From assembly GCF_001194135.2 (NCBI RefSeq), contig NC_068987.1:30884734-30921391 (forward strand): DNA of 36,658 nucleotides. The letters run 5' to 3'. The translations under genes were made by a program, and so were the position numbers. A model generated the notes under the pieces. That model was not told the origin of the DNA. It saw only the letters and a list, made by a program, of their open reading frames with translations, and searched no databases. The stretch is from Octopus bimaculoides. Lineage: Eukaryota. Below are positions 1-11,840 of the stretch, one piece after another (position 1 is the first letter of the stretch; each line of letters begins with the position of its first letter).

Positions 1-88
<88 letters not shown>
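1..88. repeat. (AC)n(AT)n compound microsatellite
   Basis: Direct reading. Confidence 0.98.
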
Positions 89-90
<2 letters not shown>

Positions 91-504
91 TGTTATTTGT
101 TTCAATCATTTGACTGCGGCCATGCTGGTGCACTGCCTTTAGTCAATCAAGTTGACCCAAGAGCTTATTCTTTGTAAGCCTAGTACTTATTCTATCAAGC
201 CAGTTAAAAAAATGGGAAAACAAGTGGAATGGATGGCATATGTTACCAAAGATATTACACTTTGCCTAATGAATATATTCAGGGAAGTACAAGAAGGAAG
301 ATCATGATTTTGTTTCTTTAATGGGCGGGGCTTCCATCTGCCTTTGAAGGGAAAATTAAATGATGCCCTCGTATGGAAAGATATATTTGCCATCATGCAC
401 AGCGTAGAATATAGAAGTATGTGCTGGGTTTTTTTATGACTAAGGATGAAATGAGAAGACAAGTAAAGCTTGAGCATCACTCAATGATGTCACAGAGCAT
501 AGGC

Positions 505-725
505 TTTACAAATAGCAGAATTACAGCCATCATATTGGCTTTAAATTTTAGCACAAGGCCAGCAATTTTGGGGGAAGGCCCAAAACTGGTACTTATTATA
601 TCAGCTCTGAAAAGATGAAAGGCAAAGTCAACCTTGGTGGAATTTGAACTCAAAACATAGAGATGGATGAAATGCCACTAAGCATTCTGCCCAGCATGCT
701 AACTATTTTGCTAGCTCACTGCCTT
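505..725 (-). mobile_element. SINE family C copy (GCAAGCTGGCAGAA...GAGTTCAAATTCCGCCGAGGTCGACTTTGCCTTTCATC type)
   Basis: Reverse complement of the 2585-2825 copy. Confidence 0.7.
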
Positions 726-1219
726 ATCATATTGAACCCTTTAGCTTATTATCGCCTTTGAGCACCACTAACGATATATAATAAGCATAGTGGTGATCCC
801 TACATTGATACATGGTCAGATGGCATCTGTATAGTAATTTAGCTTCTAATGAAATCATAGCCAGCAGTGATTTTTGTTATGGCATTTCATATCTGAAATG
901 TTAGACGTTTGGCTAAAATTTTTATAGAATATCTGTAGAGTTAACCTCAACAAGTGACATAAAGCACACTGCTAACACAGTAGAACATAGTATGGACTTA
1001 TAAAAAACGTTTGATATACTTTATAGTATACTTTGGTTGCATAGGGAAATATTGTGTCCCTACAAGTCACTAGCTTCTAATGATCCTTGAAAACCACAAG
1101 GCCATGCTGGAGTAGTACTCCATTGAGGGAGTAGAGGGGGTGAGTGCACCTAACAGACTGGCAGTATGAAGCAGAATGCCCAGTTGTAACAGATATGGTG
1201 ATAAAGTAATAAATGATAC

Positions 1220-1327
1220 CAAATTAAACATGTAATGGGCATAGTCAACTACTGAGGACTGCACTCTTTTGGATCCAGTGGGGACTTCTGTAAGAATATT
1301 GGCACCATACTTCAGTAATGTTTCAAT
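1220..1327 (-). CDS. ANKMY1: ANKMY1-like exon, last one recognised in window, 36 codons, phase 0/0; gene continues past position 1
   Basis: ttttag|ATT...TTG|gtatca. Reads IETLLKYGANILTEVPTGSKRVQSSVVDYAHYMFNL (cf. human IDRLISHGADIL...GTAVDYGYFRFFQ, from memory). Confidence 0.9.
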
Positions 1328-1425
1328 CTAAAAAAGAAAAAGAAAGAAAGTAAAATAAAAAATATAATTATTTCATCATAATTATATCAAAACTATAAAA
1401 GAAAATAATCAAAATGAATGATTAA

Positions 1426-1630
1426 CCCTTTAGTATTCAAATAACTCCATCAAATGTAATATTCGGTATTCATAGTTTTGAAGTAATCCTGTATTATCTC
1501 ATAGTCTTGAAGTTTCGATGATGTGAGTGTTTACCTTTAGAATGTCATAGTATTATAGGTGTGAGAAGCCAAACCTGGTTGGTTTAAGCATAAAACAGTT
1601 GGAATGCTTGGCCTCTATATGGCCAGTTTA
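1426..1630. mobile_element. piggyBac-type MITE (degenerate right end)
   Basis: TTAA|CCCTTTAGTATTC left end; body similar to 28780-28998 and 3947-4166. Confidence 0.65.
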
Positions 1631-1689
1631 ATTAGTTAATTAGTTAATTAGTTAAAAAGAATTATCAAAATGAATTATCAAAATAGATC

Positions 1690-2225
1690 AGGCAGCCCAC
1701 TTATATGTACTTTCCTTCATTGGACACTAAACTTCGCTTGCGAAGACCTGTTGAGGCAAGTGAAATCGAAATCGAAATCGAATTAAATTCGATGACTGAC
1801 ACCCGTGCCAACGTTGTCTCTTTCATTGGAAACGAAACTCGGATTGCGAAGACCTATTGGGGCAAGCGAAAGTGAAACCGTCAATAGCACCTGTGCCCAG
1901 CGTCGCCTCCCTGGCACTTGTGCCGGATGGCACGTGTAAAGACATTTGAGCGAGATCATTGCCAGTGCTGCCGAACTGACTCCTGTGCAGGTGGCATGTA
2001 AAATACACCATTTTGAGCGTGGCTGTTGCCAGTACCGCCTGACTGGCTTTTGTGCCAGTGACACGTAAAAGCACCCACTACACCCTCTGAGTGGTTGGCG
2101 TTAGGAAGGGCATCCAGCTGTAGAAACCAAGCCAAATTGGACTGGAACCTGATGCAGCTCTCTGACGTGCCAGCACCGGTCAAGCCATCCAACCCATGCC
2201 AGCAGGGAAAATGAACGTTAAAGGA
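1690..2225 (+). mobile_element. 3' end/UTR of RTE-clade LINE (family B repeat)
   Basis: GACACGTAAAAGCACCCACTAC...GGTTGGCGTTAGGAAGGGCATCCAGCTGTAGAAAC...AACGTTAAA followed by (GAT)n. The same sequence follows LINE coding sequence at 25273-25459. Confidence 0.75.
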
Positions 2226-2392
2226 TGATGATGATGATGATGACGACAATGATGACAATGGTGATGGTGATGATGGTGATGGTGATGACGAGGATGACAG
2301 CAATGATGACGATGACAACGTTGATGACAAAGACGACGATGACGACAATGATGATGATGATGACGATGATGACAATGATGATGATGATGATT
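2224..2392. repeat. (GAT/GAC)n trinucleotide tract, expanded retroelement tail
   Basis: Direct reading; source of spurious poly-S/poly-M ORFs. Confidence 0.95.
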
Positions 2393-2584
2393 ATCCTGTA
2401 TTTTGTGAAAGATTCTTAACGACTAAAACTGATAATAAAATAGAAAAAAAGTAAAAGTAAAACCTTTCACTAGAGACAACAAAGTTGTAGAATGTATAGG
2501 GTATAGGAGAGGAAAGGTTATGAAAATGTATATCAGGGCATCTTAGTTCTGTCACTAAGAAAGAAGTTGTTCTTTCACTAAGAA

Positions 2585-2825
2585 AGAAGGCAGCAAACTG
2601 GCAGAAACCTTAGCATGTAGGACGAAATGCTTAGCAGTATTTCGTCTGACTTTATGTTCTGAGTTCAAATTCTGTCGAGGTCGACTTTGCCTTTCATCCT
2701 TTCGGGGTCAATAAATTAAGTACCAGTTACGCACTGGGGTTGATGTAATCGACTTAATCCCTTTGTCTGTCCTTGTTTGTCCCCTCTGTGTGTAGCCCCT
2801 TGTGGGCAATAAAGAAATAAGAAAG
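2585..2825 (+). mobile_element. SINE family C copy
   Basis: B-box-like GAGTTCAAATTC; five similar copies in window; TAAGAAAGAAGTTGTT is repeated on both sides (possible TSD). Confidence 0.75.
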
Positions 2826-3027
2826 AAGTTGTTGTACGTAGCTTGTTGTACTTAGTTTAGCTGCGAGAAACATGTCTCTGAACTCTGGAGAAGTTACATA
2901 AAAAAAACTACTATATTTTTACTGATGGCTATATCTTTCACCAACATACATTAGCAAAAGACACATATGCAGCCACACACACACACTTACATACTGATAC
3001 ACATGTCTTTTATTTTTTCATCCTTTA

Positions 3028-3420
3028 TCTCTTTCAGTCATTAGACTGTGGCCATGCTGGTGCACTGTCTTGAAGAGTTTTTAGTTGAACAAAGTGAACC
3101 CAGTACCTTTTTATTTTTTTAAGCCTGGTACTTATTCTGTCAGTCTCCTTTCCTGAACCACTAATGTTACAGGGATGTAAACAAACCAATACCGGTTGTA
3201 AAGTAGTAGTGGAAGACAAACACATGCAAACACACACACACATGCACACACACACACACACACGCATGTATATACATATACATATACAAAGGGCTTTTTG
3301 CAGTTTCCTTCTACCAAATCCACTCACAAGTGTTTGGTCAGCTTGAGGCTATAATAGAAGGCACTTGCCCAAGGTGCCATGCAGTGGGACTGAACCTGGA
3401 ACCATGGGGCTGGGAAGTAA
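3028..3420 (-). mobile_element. tRNA-derived SINE family A copy
   Basis: Same body as 9695-10102, with internal (CA)n/(TA)n and a CCTTGGGCAAGTG core-like motif on the minus strand. Confidence 0.8.
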
Positions 3421-3946
3421 CAGTCAATTCAAGGTTATAATGGAAAACACCTTCCAAAGGTGCCATGCAATGGGACTGAGCCCAGAACTTGGTGGTTGTA
3501 AAGTATACCTGTACCCTAAAATCATCATCATCATCACCCTCTTCCTCCTCCTCTTCCTCCTCCTCCACATCATCATCATCATCATTGTCAGTGCTTTACA
3601 TTCACTTTTCCATACTAATATAGATTGGATGTTTTTTTTTTTTCAGAGACAGTATTTTACAGCTGGTTGCTCTTCCTGTCACTAACCTTTTTAGTCATTT
3701 GTTGTAACAGCAGGAACATATGACATACCTCTTCTAAAACTGGGATACACATGGTAAGCCAGCACCTTAATAAACATTGTTTTTGTGAACTCCAAAAACT
3801 AAGACTATCTTTGCATACAGTGGAGTCATCTTCAGAGAATTAACATCTTTGGGGTGATGTTTGTCTCTAAAATATTCATTGCCACTCCCCATAGGCCATG
3901 CTCACTCACTAATACAATATGAACTATCATTCCAAAAATGGTTAAA

Positions 3947-4166
3947 CCCTTTAGCATTCCGATAACTTAGTCATATGTAATGCTTCTTTATTCACATTGT
4001 TTTGAATTAATCATGCATTATCTCATAGCATTGAGATTTCAATCGTGCGTTTGTATATTTTTAGAATGACATTATAAGGTAGACGTGAGAGGCCAGATGT
4101 AGCCAATTTGAACATAAAACAGGTAGAATATATGGGCCGGATATGGCCAGGTTGAATGCTATAGGG
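3947..4166. mobile_element. piggyBac-type MITE
   Basis: CCCTTTAGCATTC ... GAATGCTATAGGG|TTAA terminal inverted repeats. Confidence 0.8.
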
Positions 4167-4194
4167 TTAAATCTCTTATACTGGTTTTTAATCA

Positions 4195-5010
4195 TCATCA
4201 ACATCATCATCATCATCGTCGTTTAATGTCCGCTTTCCATGCTATCATGGGTTGGACGATTTGACTGAGGACTGGTGGACCAGGAGGCGACACCACGCTC
4301 CAATCTGATTTGGCAGAGTTTCTACAGCTGGATGCCCTTCCTAATGCCAACCACTCTGAGAGTGTAGTGGGTGCTTTTACGTGTCACCGGCATGAGGGCC
4401 AGTCAGGTGTGTACTGGCAACGGCCACGCTCGAAATGGTGTATTTTACATGCCATCTGCACAGGAGCNNNNNNNNNNNNNNNNNNNNNNNNNNNNNNNNN
4501 NNNNNNNNNNNNNNNNNNNNNNNNNNNNNNNNNNNNNNNNNNNNNNNNNNNNNNNNNNNNNNNNNNNNNNNNNNNNNNNNNNNNNNNNNNNNNNNNNNNN
4601 NNNNNNNNNNNNNNNNNNNNNNNNNNNNNNNNNNNNNNNNNNNNNNNNNNNNNNNNNNNNNNNNNNNNNNNNNNNNNNNNNNNNNNNNNNNNNNNNNNNN
4701 NNNNNNNNNNNNNNNNNNNNNNNNNNNNNNNNNNNNNNNNNNNNNNNNNNNNNNNNNNNNNNNNNNNNNNNNNNNNNNNNNNNNNNNNNNNNNNNNNNNN
4801 NNNNNNNNNNNNNNNNNNNNNNNNNNNNNNNNNNACATCATCATCATCATCGTCGTTTAATGTCCGCTTTCCATGCTATCATGGGTTGGACGATTTGACT
4901 GAGGACTGGTGGACCAGGAGGCGACACCACGCTCCAATCTGATTTGGCAGAGTTTCTACAGCTGGATGCCCTTCCTAACGCCAACCGCTCAGAGAGTGTA
5001 GTGAGTGCTT
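4195..5010 (-). mobile_element. Family B (LINE 3' end) copies on both sides of an N-gap
   Basis: (CAT)n-GTTTAATGTCCGCTTTCCATGC... present at ~4200 and again at 4835. Confidence 0.8.
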
Positions 5011-5044
5011 CACTCTCTATTGCATCCATTTTTTTCGTTAAGAT

Positions 5045-5450
5045 GGTATCTTTTAGTTTTTACTTGCTTCAGCCATTAGGCTGTGGCCATGCTGGAGCAC
5101 CACTATGAAAGGTCTTAGTCAAATGGATTAACCCCAGTACTTATTTTTTTTCAGCCTGGTACTTATTCTATCAGTGTCTTTTTGCTGAACCATTAAGTTA
5201 TGGGAATGTAAACAAACAAACACTGATAAGTCAAGTGGTAGTGGAGGACAAACAAACACAAAGACACACACACATAGCTATATATACATATATGTACATA
5301 CATAAGATGAGCTTTTTTCAGGTTCTGTCAAGCAGATCCACTCACAAGGCTTTGGTTGGACTTGGGCTAAAGTAGAAGACACTCACCCACGGTTCCATGC
5401 AGTGGAACTGAACCTGGAACCATGCCGTTGGGAGTTAAACTTCTTACTGC
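5045..5450 (-). mobile_element. SINE family A copy (diverged)
   Basis: Similar to 9695-10102. Confidence 0.7.
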
Positions 5451-5454
5451 AGAG

Positions 5455-6060
5455 GGTATGATTTAAGGGATATTGGCTACTATTGTACAGTTACTGTTTA
5501 GCGGTCCTCCTCATTGGGTCATATATACCCAAGACAATAGGGTGTACATGAGGAGAAACTGATTGCTATTTCTGTCAGGTCAAACTACTATGTAGCTTAT
5601 TGGTCCATCCATCTGCCCATCCATCCTCCATCCATCTATATATGCATACATACATACATGCATGCATACATACATACATGCATGCATACATACATGCATG
5701 CATACATACATACATAAGGCAGTAAGATGTGATTTGAGAGAAAGTGGCTACTATTTCTATCAGGTCTAGCTATTATGTAGAGATCTCTCTTATTAGCTTA
5801 TACATGAGACAGTAAGGTATAATTTGAGAGAAACTGGTCACTATTTCTATTACTATGTAAAGGTCTCTTTCAGTTGTTCATACATAGATATGTACACATA
5901 TATATAAGACAGTAGGTTGTGAGTTGAGGGAGACTGGCTGCACTTTCTCTCAAGTCAAACTATCCTGTAGAGGTTCCCTTATTGTTCATACATATATGGA
6001 TACAGTGTGTGTACAGTGTAATTGAGGATTTGGTCATTATTTCTAGGAAGATGAGCAACA
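5455..6060 (+). repeat. Array of ~6 degenerate 60-90 bp units (GTGTGATTTGAGAGAAACTGGCTACTATTTCTATCAGGTC...) separated by (ATAC/ATGC)n
   Basis: Units start at about 5455, 5540, 5720, 5810, 5910 and 6020; related single copies at ~17785 and ~33255 (minus). Confidence 0.65.
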
Positions 6061-6236
6061 GGACAGAGAGCTCCTTGATTGGCTTGTTTCAAACTTTGTT
6101 TCTAAATTGCCATTTCAAAATATGTAGCAAATTAAACAAGGCACAAAACCTCACTCCTCCCCCACCTCTCTAAATTAATCCTCTGAAAATAATTGAAATG
6201 AAAACTTTAAAACTGATATGATTTCTTTGAACCTAC

Positions 6237-6368
6237 CAATTCAAATCTGTTTTCAAGATTCCATTGCTCTTCAAACTGAGTGGTCACAGCAACACAGAGA
6301 CTGTTACCAACGCCATGTGTTAATTCCATGTTTGGATCAGCACCATTATTCAATAATTCTTCCACTGC
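6237..6368 (-). CDS. ANKMY1: ANKMY1-like exon, ankyrin repeat, 44 codons, phase 0/0
   Basis: ttccag|GCA...TTG|gtaggt. Reads AVEELLNNGADPNMELTHGVGNSLCVAVTTQFEEQWNLENRFEL. Confidence 0.92.
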
Positions 6369-6611
6369 CTGGAAAAATGACAAACAAAATACAATAAAAT
6401 GGCTTCAGCTTAATAAATAAATATAAAATCATTATAATAATTTTGATAAATGTTTTCATGCTTTTCTGTCAAAATAAAAAAGAAGACTTTGTGGAGACCA
6501 AAAGATCATTCTTTACTTCCTTCTCTTTAGTAATTTGTTGCTTGATGATGTTTCTGGCAACCTCGCTAAAGTCAGTGGCATGAAAAAAAGCACCTAGTAT
6601 ATTATGTAAAA

Positions 6612-7371
6612 CAGTGGTTCTCAACTGGGGTCCATATGGGCCCTGAGAGTCCATGTAAGAATTTTGGGGGTCCACACAACAAAATAGTAAACCCAGGACC
6701 CACAATAGTGTTGTAAGGGTCCCTGAAAAAATTTTGCTTTACACGAAACTCAGCTTGCAAAGACTTATTGGGGCAAGCGAAAGTGAAATTGTGATGGCAC
6801 CTGTGCCCAGCGTCGCCTTTCTGGCACTTGTGCCAGCGGCATGTGTAAGGACTTTCGAGCGAGATCATTGCCAGTGCCCCTGAACTGGCTCTTGTGCAGG
6901 TGGCACATAAAATACACCATTTTGAGCATGGCCGTTGCCAGTACCGCCTGACTGGCCTTCGTGCGGGTGACACGTAAAAGCACCCACTACACTCTCTGAG
7001 TGGTTGGCGTTAGGAAGGGCATCCAGCTGTAGAAACTCTGCCAAATCAGATTGGAGCATGGTGTAGCCACCTGGTTTCACCAGTCCTCAGTCAAATCGTC
7101 CAACCCATGCTAGCATATAAAGCAGACGTTAAACGACGACGATGATGATGATGATGTATGTTTTGGTATGTATTGCAAGAAACAGCTTGGTTTCTTTTTC
7201 TATCATTTTACATTGTTCAACCTACGCGAGTGAATGTGTGGAAAAGAAAATAGGAATTTTGAAAGAATTTTCTATAAAACTAGTTTTAAACATTGAATGA
7301 TTATGGCGGTCTGCCAGACAAAAATAGTATTTCAAAGGGGTCCATAGATTAAAAATGGTTGAGAACCTCTG
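6612..7371. mobile_element. hAT/Charlie-type MITE interrupted by a family B insertion (~6740-7155)
   Basis: TIR CAGTGGTTCTCAAC / GTTGAGAACCTCTG; 8-bp flanks ATGTAAAA and GTGTAAAG (6/8). Confidence 0.75.
6740..7155 (+). mobile_element. Family B (LINE 3' end) copy with (GAT)n tail
   Basis: Close match to 1840-2225 and 25273-25459. Confidence 0.8.
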
Positions 7372-7589
7372 GTGTAAAGTGATTAACATTAAGAAGGGTA
7401 TATCCGGCTGCTGAAACTATGCCAAAAGATATACTGGAGAATGATGCAGTTCTTGGTCTTGCCAAACCATCTAACCCATGCCAGCATAGAACATGGACGT
7501 TAAATGTAGATGATATGTATAACTTTGATTGATCTGTCTATTTTACTTATGTGTGGAAGAGAAAATCCTATTCCATATTTAGTTACTTC

Positions 7590-7800
7590 ATAGCAATATT
7601 GATTTCAAATTTTGGCACAAGGCCAACAATTTCAGGAGAGGAGTTAAGTCAATTACATTGACCCTAGTACTCAACTGGTACTTATTTTATTGACCCCAAT
7701 AGGATGAAAGGTAAAGTTGACCTCGGCAGAATTTGACCTCAATGTAAAAACAAACAAAATACTGTTGAGCATTTTACCCATCTGTCAGCTTGCTGCCTTA
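7590..7800 (-). mobile_element. SINE family C copy
   Basis: Reverse complement of 2585-2825. Confidence 0.7.
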
Positions 7801-8006
7801 CTCTATTACTTGTTACAGTCATTTGACTGTGGCCATGCTGGAACACCGCCTTTTAGTCAAGCAAATCGACCCCAGGACTTATTCTTTGTAAGCCTAGTAC
7901 TTATTCTATCGGTTTCTTTTGCCGAACCGCTAAGTTACGGGGACGTTAACACACCAGCATCAGTTGTCAAGTGATCTTGAGGGGACAAACACAGGCACAC
8001 AAACAT

Positions 8007-8039
<33 letters not shown>

Positions 8040-8203
8040 CGACGGGCTTCTTTCAGTTTCCGTCTACCAAATCCACTCACAAGGCTTTGTTTGGCCCGAC
8101 GCTATAGTAGAAGACACTTGTCCAAGGTGCCATGCAGTGGGACTGAACCCGGAGCCATGTGGTTGGTAAGCAAGCTACTTACTACACAGCCACTCCTACA
8201 CCT
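7800..8203 (-). mobile_element. SINE family A copy, full length
   Basis: Minus-strand head AGGTGTAGGAGTGGCTGTGTAGTAAG...GGTTCAGTCCC (A/B-box-like). Confidence 0.85.
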
Positions 8204-8999
8204 ACTGTCAATTAATGATATTAATCAAAGTCTAATTGTAGAATCATATTTTAATCTCTTTCCAACAGTTATACAAAAATCATAAAATTCCAATCATATA
8301 TAAATACTGGTGGAAAGGGATAGTTCTGGAAGAGATTCGTACCATATATGTCACGTATGCATTGTGCGAAGCAGCAGTAAATGAGGAAGCTCTCTTCATA
8401 CTGACTATAAAAGTATTATGATTGAAAAGTGAAGGAAAGGAGAGATCTTTTTGCACAAGAGACCAAAAGACTCAGTTACTGTTTTTGGAAGTGTGAATGT
8501 CTGAAAATCGTGTAATGCATAAGAAATTCTTTGTAGCTCAGATGATGGTCATACAGGAGTTGTAGTATTGGCAAAAGCCACTAAATTTGTAGAAGTTGTG
8601 TTATTTCTCTCTGAGCATGTGAGAAGCAGTCAGGGGCTTTGGGAAGTGGTTGAGAGTGAGAGACTCATGATTATAAGGTCATTGGTTCAATTCCTGTTAT
8701 GGGTTGCATGTTGTGTTCTCCATTTCCTATTACTCAAGTCTACTCAGCCCAAAACAATTACCTGCCAAGTTTTCATGCAGCTCTCTCACTTTCCTCTCAG
8801 TGTCACATCCTTGATGTTTTCTTGGGGTCAAAGGTGAGAGCAACAGAAGGATATCTATGTCAGCCTCTGATGACACAGACACCTAAAGCAGCGAGTTAAA
8901 GCATTGTACATACTAACAAGCACCAGCTATGGTTGTGTGTATGTAGTGGAAGTACCTAAAATGATGTCTGTGTGTCTCTCTTGAGCTATATAAAGGGTT

Positions 9000-9351
9000 G
9001 GAGGTGCAATGGTCCAGTGGTTAGGGCAGTGGACTCGCGGTTTCGATTCCTAGACCGGGCGTTGTGAGTGTTTATTGAGCGAAAACACCTAAAGCTCCAT
9101 GAGGCTCCGGCAGGGGATAGTGGTGCACCCTGCTCACCACAACTTTCACTCTTACTTCCTGTTGTGCCTGTATTTCAAAGGGTCAGCCTTGTCACACTGT
9201 GTCACGCTGAATATCCCCGAGAACTACGTTAAGGGTACACGTGTCTGTGGAGTGCTCAGCCCCTTGCACGTTAATTTCACGAGCAGGCTGTTCCGTTGAT
9301 CGGATCAACTGGAACCCTCGACATCGCAAGTGACGGAGTGCCAACGACAAC
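9000..9351 (+). mobile_element. tRNA-derived SINE family D copy
   Basis: Head TGGTCCAGTGGTTAGGGCAG...GGTTTCGATTCC; 12-bp TSD ATATAAAGGGTT at 8988-8999 and 9352-9363; (CAA)n tail. Confidence 0.88.
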
Positions 9352-9694
9352 ATATAAAGGGTTAACAACTCTTTGGAGTTAAAGTATTTTAACAGATTTT
9401 GAGTTTTGATAATATGAAGAAGTTTCATATTATGTTTTGGGTGACACAAAATGGTATCAACTCTCTTTAAAAAAAAGAGGAAGGACACATTGAATAATGT
9501 AGTCTTTGATGCATTGTTTATGAAGGAGAAACAAGATGGCCAAGACTAATTTGCCTTTGATCATAGGTCTGATTGATTATAACTGACTTGGGCCTCAGCA
9601 ACAACAACAACAACAAAAGCAGCAGCAGTAGCAACAACAATGATGCCGATGCCGACAACAACATTAGAGTTATTTTGCTATCAAATTCCTGTAA

Positions 9695-10102
9695 ACTCTT
9701 TACTCTTTTACTCTTTTACTTGTTTCAGTCATTTGACTGCAGCCATGCTGGAGCACCGCCTTTAGCCGAGCAAATCGACCCCAGGAATTATTCTTTGGAA
9801 GCCTAGTACTTATTCTATCGGTCTCTTTTGCCGAACCGCTAAGTTACGGGGACGTAAACACACCAGCATTGGTTGTCAAGCAATGTTGGGGGGACAAACA
9901 CAGACACACATACATATATATATATATATACATATATACGATGGGCTTCTTTCAGTTTCCGTCTACCAAATCCACTCACAATGCTTTGGTCGGCCCGAGG
10001 CTATAGTAGAAGACACTTGCCCAAGGTGCCATGCAGTGGGACTGAACCCGAAACCATGTGGCTGGTAAGCAGGCTACTTACCACACAGCCACTTCTGCGC
10101 CT
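9695..10102 (-). mobile_element. SINE family A copy, full length
   Basis: Minus-strand head AGGCGCAGAAGTGGCTGTGTGGTAAG...GGGTTCAGTCCCACTGCATGGCACCTTGGGCAAG; tail (AGAGTAAA)n. Confidence 0.88.
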
Positions 10103-10197
10103 GTTGATTAATGATAATAAAAAATTGAACTGAGACCCCTTGTCAGTGTACTAAGAATTAGAAATAGGGTCCCATGATAGTTAAATGATATACTCAC

Positions 10198-10305
10198 CAG
10201 TTTGTTTCCCCAGGCAATTGCTAAAGCAAGGGGAGAAAAACCATTTGTCGAAACATTTGGATTTGCTTTCTTTTCTAACAGCAACTTGACAACAGCAGCT
10301 GCATC
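10198..10305 (-). CDS. ANKMY1: ANKMY1-like exon, ankyrin repeat, 36 codons, phase 0/0
   Basis: catag|GAT...CTG|gtgagt. Reads DAAAVVKLLLEKKANPNVSTNGFSPLALAIAWGNKL. Confidence 0.9.
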
Positions 10306-10487
10306 CTATGATGATGATGATAATAATAATTAATAATAATAATAATAAAAATAATAACAACAATGTTTTCTTTATTAACCCCTAAGGGTTTACAAAAGAC
10401 ATAGAGGATAGTATAGGACAATACAATGTGGGGTTACATAAAAGGTGTATAGAAAGTAAAAAACAGTAACAATATAAAATTATAACC

Positions 10488-10850
10488 ATGAATAATTCCT
10501 CAAAAGAGGGAGACTTCCTAAGGCTGCTTGTGGGGATCCCAGAAATCCACAGTCACCCTGGCCTGCATACTGAGACAGTTAAGAATTACCCTTGCAAGAA
10601 TTTGTCCAGTTATGCACAACAGACGTATTCCTCTGTGATTATCACGGATGTTTTTCTTCCCTTTGTTTTCATACAAGCGCATTATAGAGTCATCTTCCAA
10701 CTGTTGGGGAACAGATCCAGTTTCCCAGATCAAAATGATCAATTTATGTAGCTTTCTTATAAGTTGTCTACCACCATACTTGTACACTTCCGCAGGAATA
10801 CTGTCTTGTCCAAAAGCTTTACTGTTGGAAAGTTCTTTTTAATTGCAGTA
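10488..10850 (-). pseudogene. RTE-clade LINE reverse transcriptase fragment
   Basis: KAFGQDSIPAEVYKYGGRQLIRKLHKLIILIWETGSVPQ...LYENKG...NHRGIRLLCITGQILARVILN resembles the RT N-terminal motifs KAPGPDGIP and YRGISLL. Confidence 0.8.
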
Positions 10851-10861
10851 CAGTAATGTCC

Positions 10862-11230
10862 TGATCGTCATCATCGTCGTTGTCGTCATCATCATCATCA
10901 TCGTTTAACGTCCATTTTCCATGCTAGCATGGGTTGGACGGTTCGACTGGGGTCTGGGAAACCAGGAGGCTGCACCAGGCTCCAGTCTGATTTGGCAGTG
11001 TTTCTACAGCTGGATGCCCTTCCTAATGCCAACCACTCCGGGAGTGTAGTGGGTGCTTTTTACGTGCCACCGGCACAGGGGCCAGAGGAGGCTGGCAACG
11101 GCCATGATCAGATGGTGCTTTTTATGTGCATGGAAGCCAGTCAAGGCTGTACTGGCATTGGCCATGTTCAGATGGTGCTTTTTACATGCCACCGGCATAG
11201 GTATCACAGCTACAATTTCCATTTGATTTT
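10862..11230 (-). mobile_element. Family B (LINE 3' end) copy inserted between two RTE fragments
   Basis: (CAT)n-CGTTTAACGTCC...GGATGCCCTTCCTAATGCCAACC. Confidence 0.8.
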
Positions 11231-11369
11231 CATTTTGATGTGTACGAGTTAATTTGTTCCTGGAGAATGCTTGTAAAACAAAAACTCATAAACAGAAAAT
11301 AAAACTCATAAAAACTTGTAAACCTGGGGTCTTGTAAAGCGGGTCCTTATAAAGTGAGGTATTACTGTA

Positions 11370-11630
11370 TTTATCTCTTCCAAGGAAAAGTTCCTCAATT
11401 ATAGGTCTCTGAAGGATTTCATTGATTACTTCAGGTTCAGTAGAGGATTCTGGATTAAACAGAGATTTAACGTGCTGAGCCAATCTTTTCAGAATTTCAT
11501 CTTTGTGACTTAAGAGTTTTGACCTGTCATTAGAAAGAATAGGTTCTGCAGTGCCCTTTTTGGGGCCAAATATGTCTTTCAGATTATCATACCATGCTCT
11601 CAAGTTGTGTGAGTTAGCAGCCAGCTCCAA
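11370..11630 (-). pseudogene. RTE (BovB-like) LINE ORF fragment, EN-RT linker
   Basis: AANSHNLRAWYDNLKDIFGPKKGTAEPILSNDRSKLLSHKDEILKRLAQHVKSLFNP resembles the RTE linker upstream of RT; collinear with 10488-10850. Confidence 0.7.
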
Positions 11631-11840
11631 TTCTTAGGCTTTTTTTTTTTTTTGTTCTCCAAGAATTTTTCATCTCATGCAATAATAATGATGATGTCAC
11701 TGCTGCAGCCAGCAATGACAACAGCAACAACAACAATAATGATAAGTGGGACGAAGAGTCCCCTACACCAATATCAACATGGAAAATATGGACATATACG
11801 ATATATAAGATATGCATATATAAAAAAAAATACATAAATA

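Noticed and set aside
187-480. Possible further ANKMY1 exon or transposase fragment
   Set aside because: No frame on either strand resembles the expected next ANKMY1 segment or a transposase motif I can recognise.
1956-2419. Poly-Ser and poly-Met/Thr ORFs
   Set aside because: Translations of the (GAT/GAC)n microsatellite tail.
4310-4942. Long ORFs spanning N-gaps (also 18391-19029, 22946-23434, 24440-25384, 27727-27915)
   Set aside because: Their length is an artefact of Ns translated as X; the flanks are repeats.
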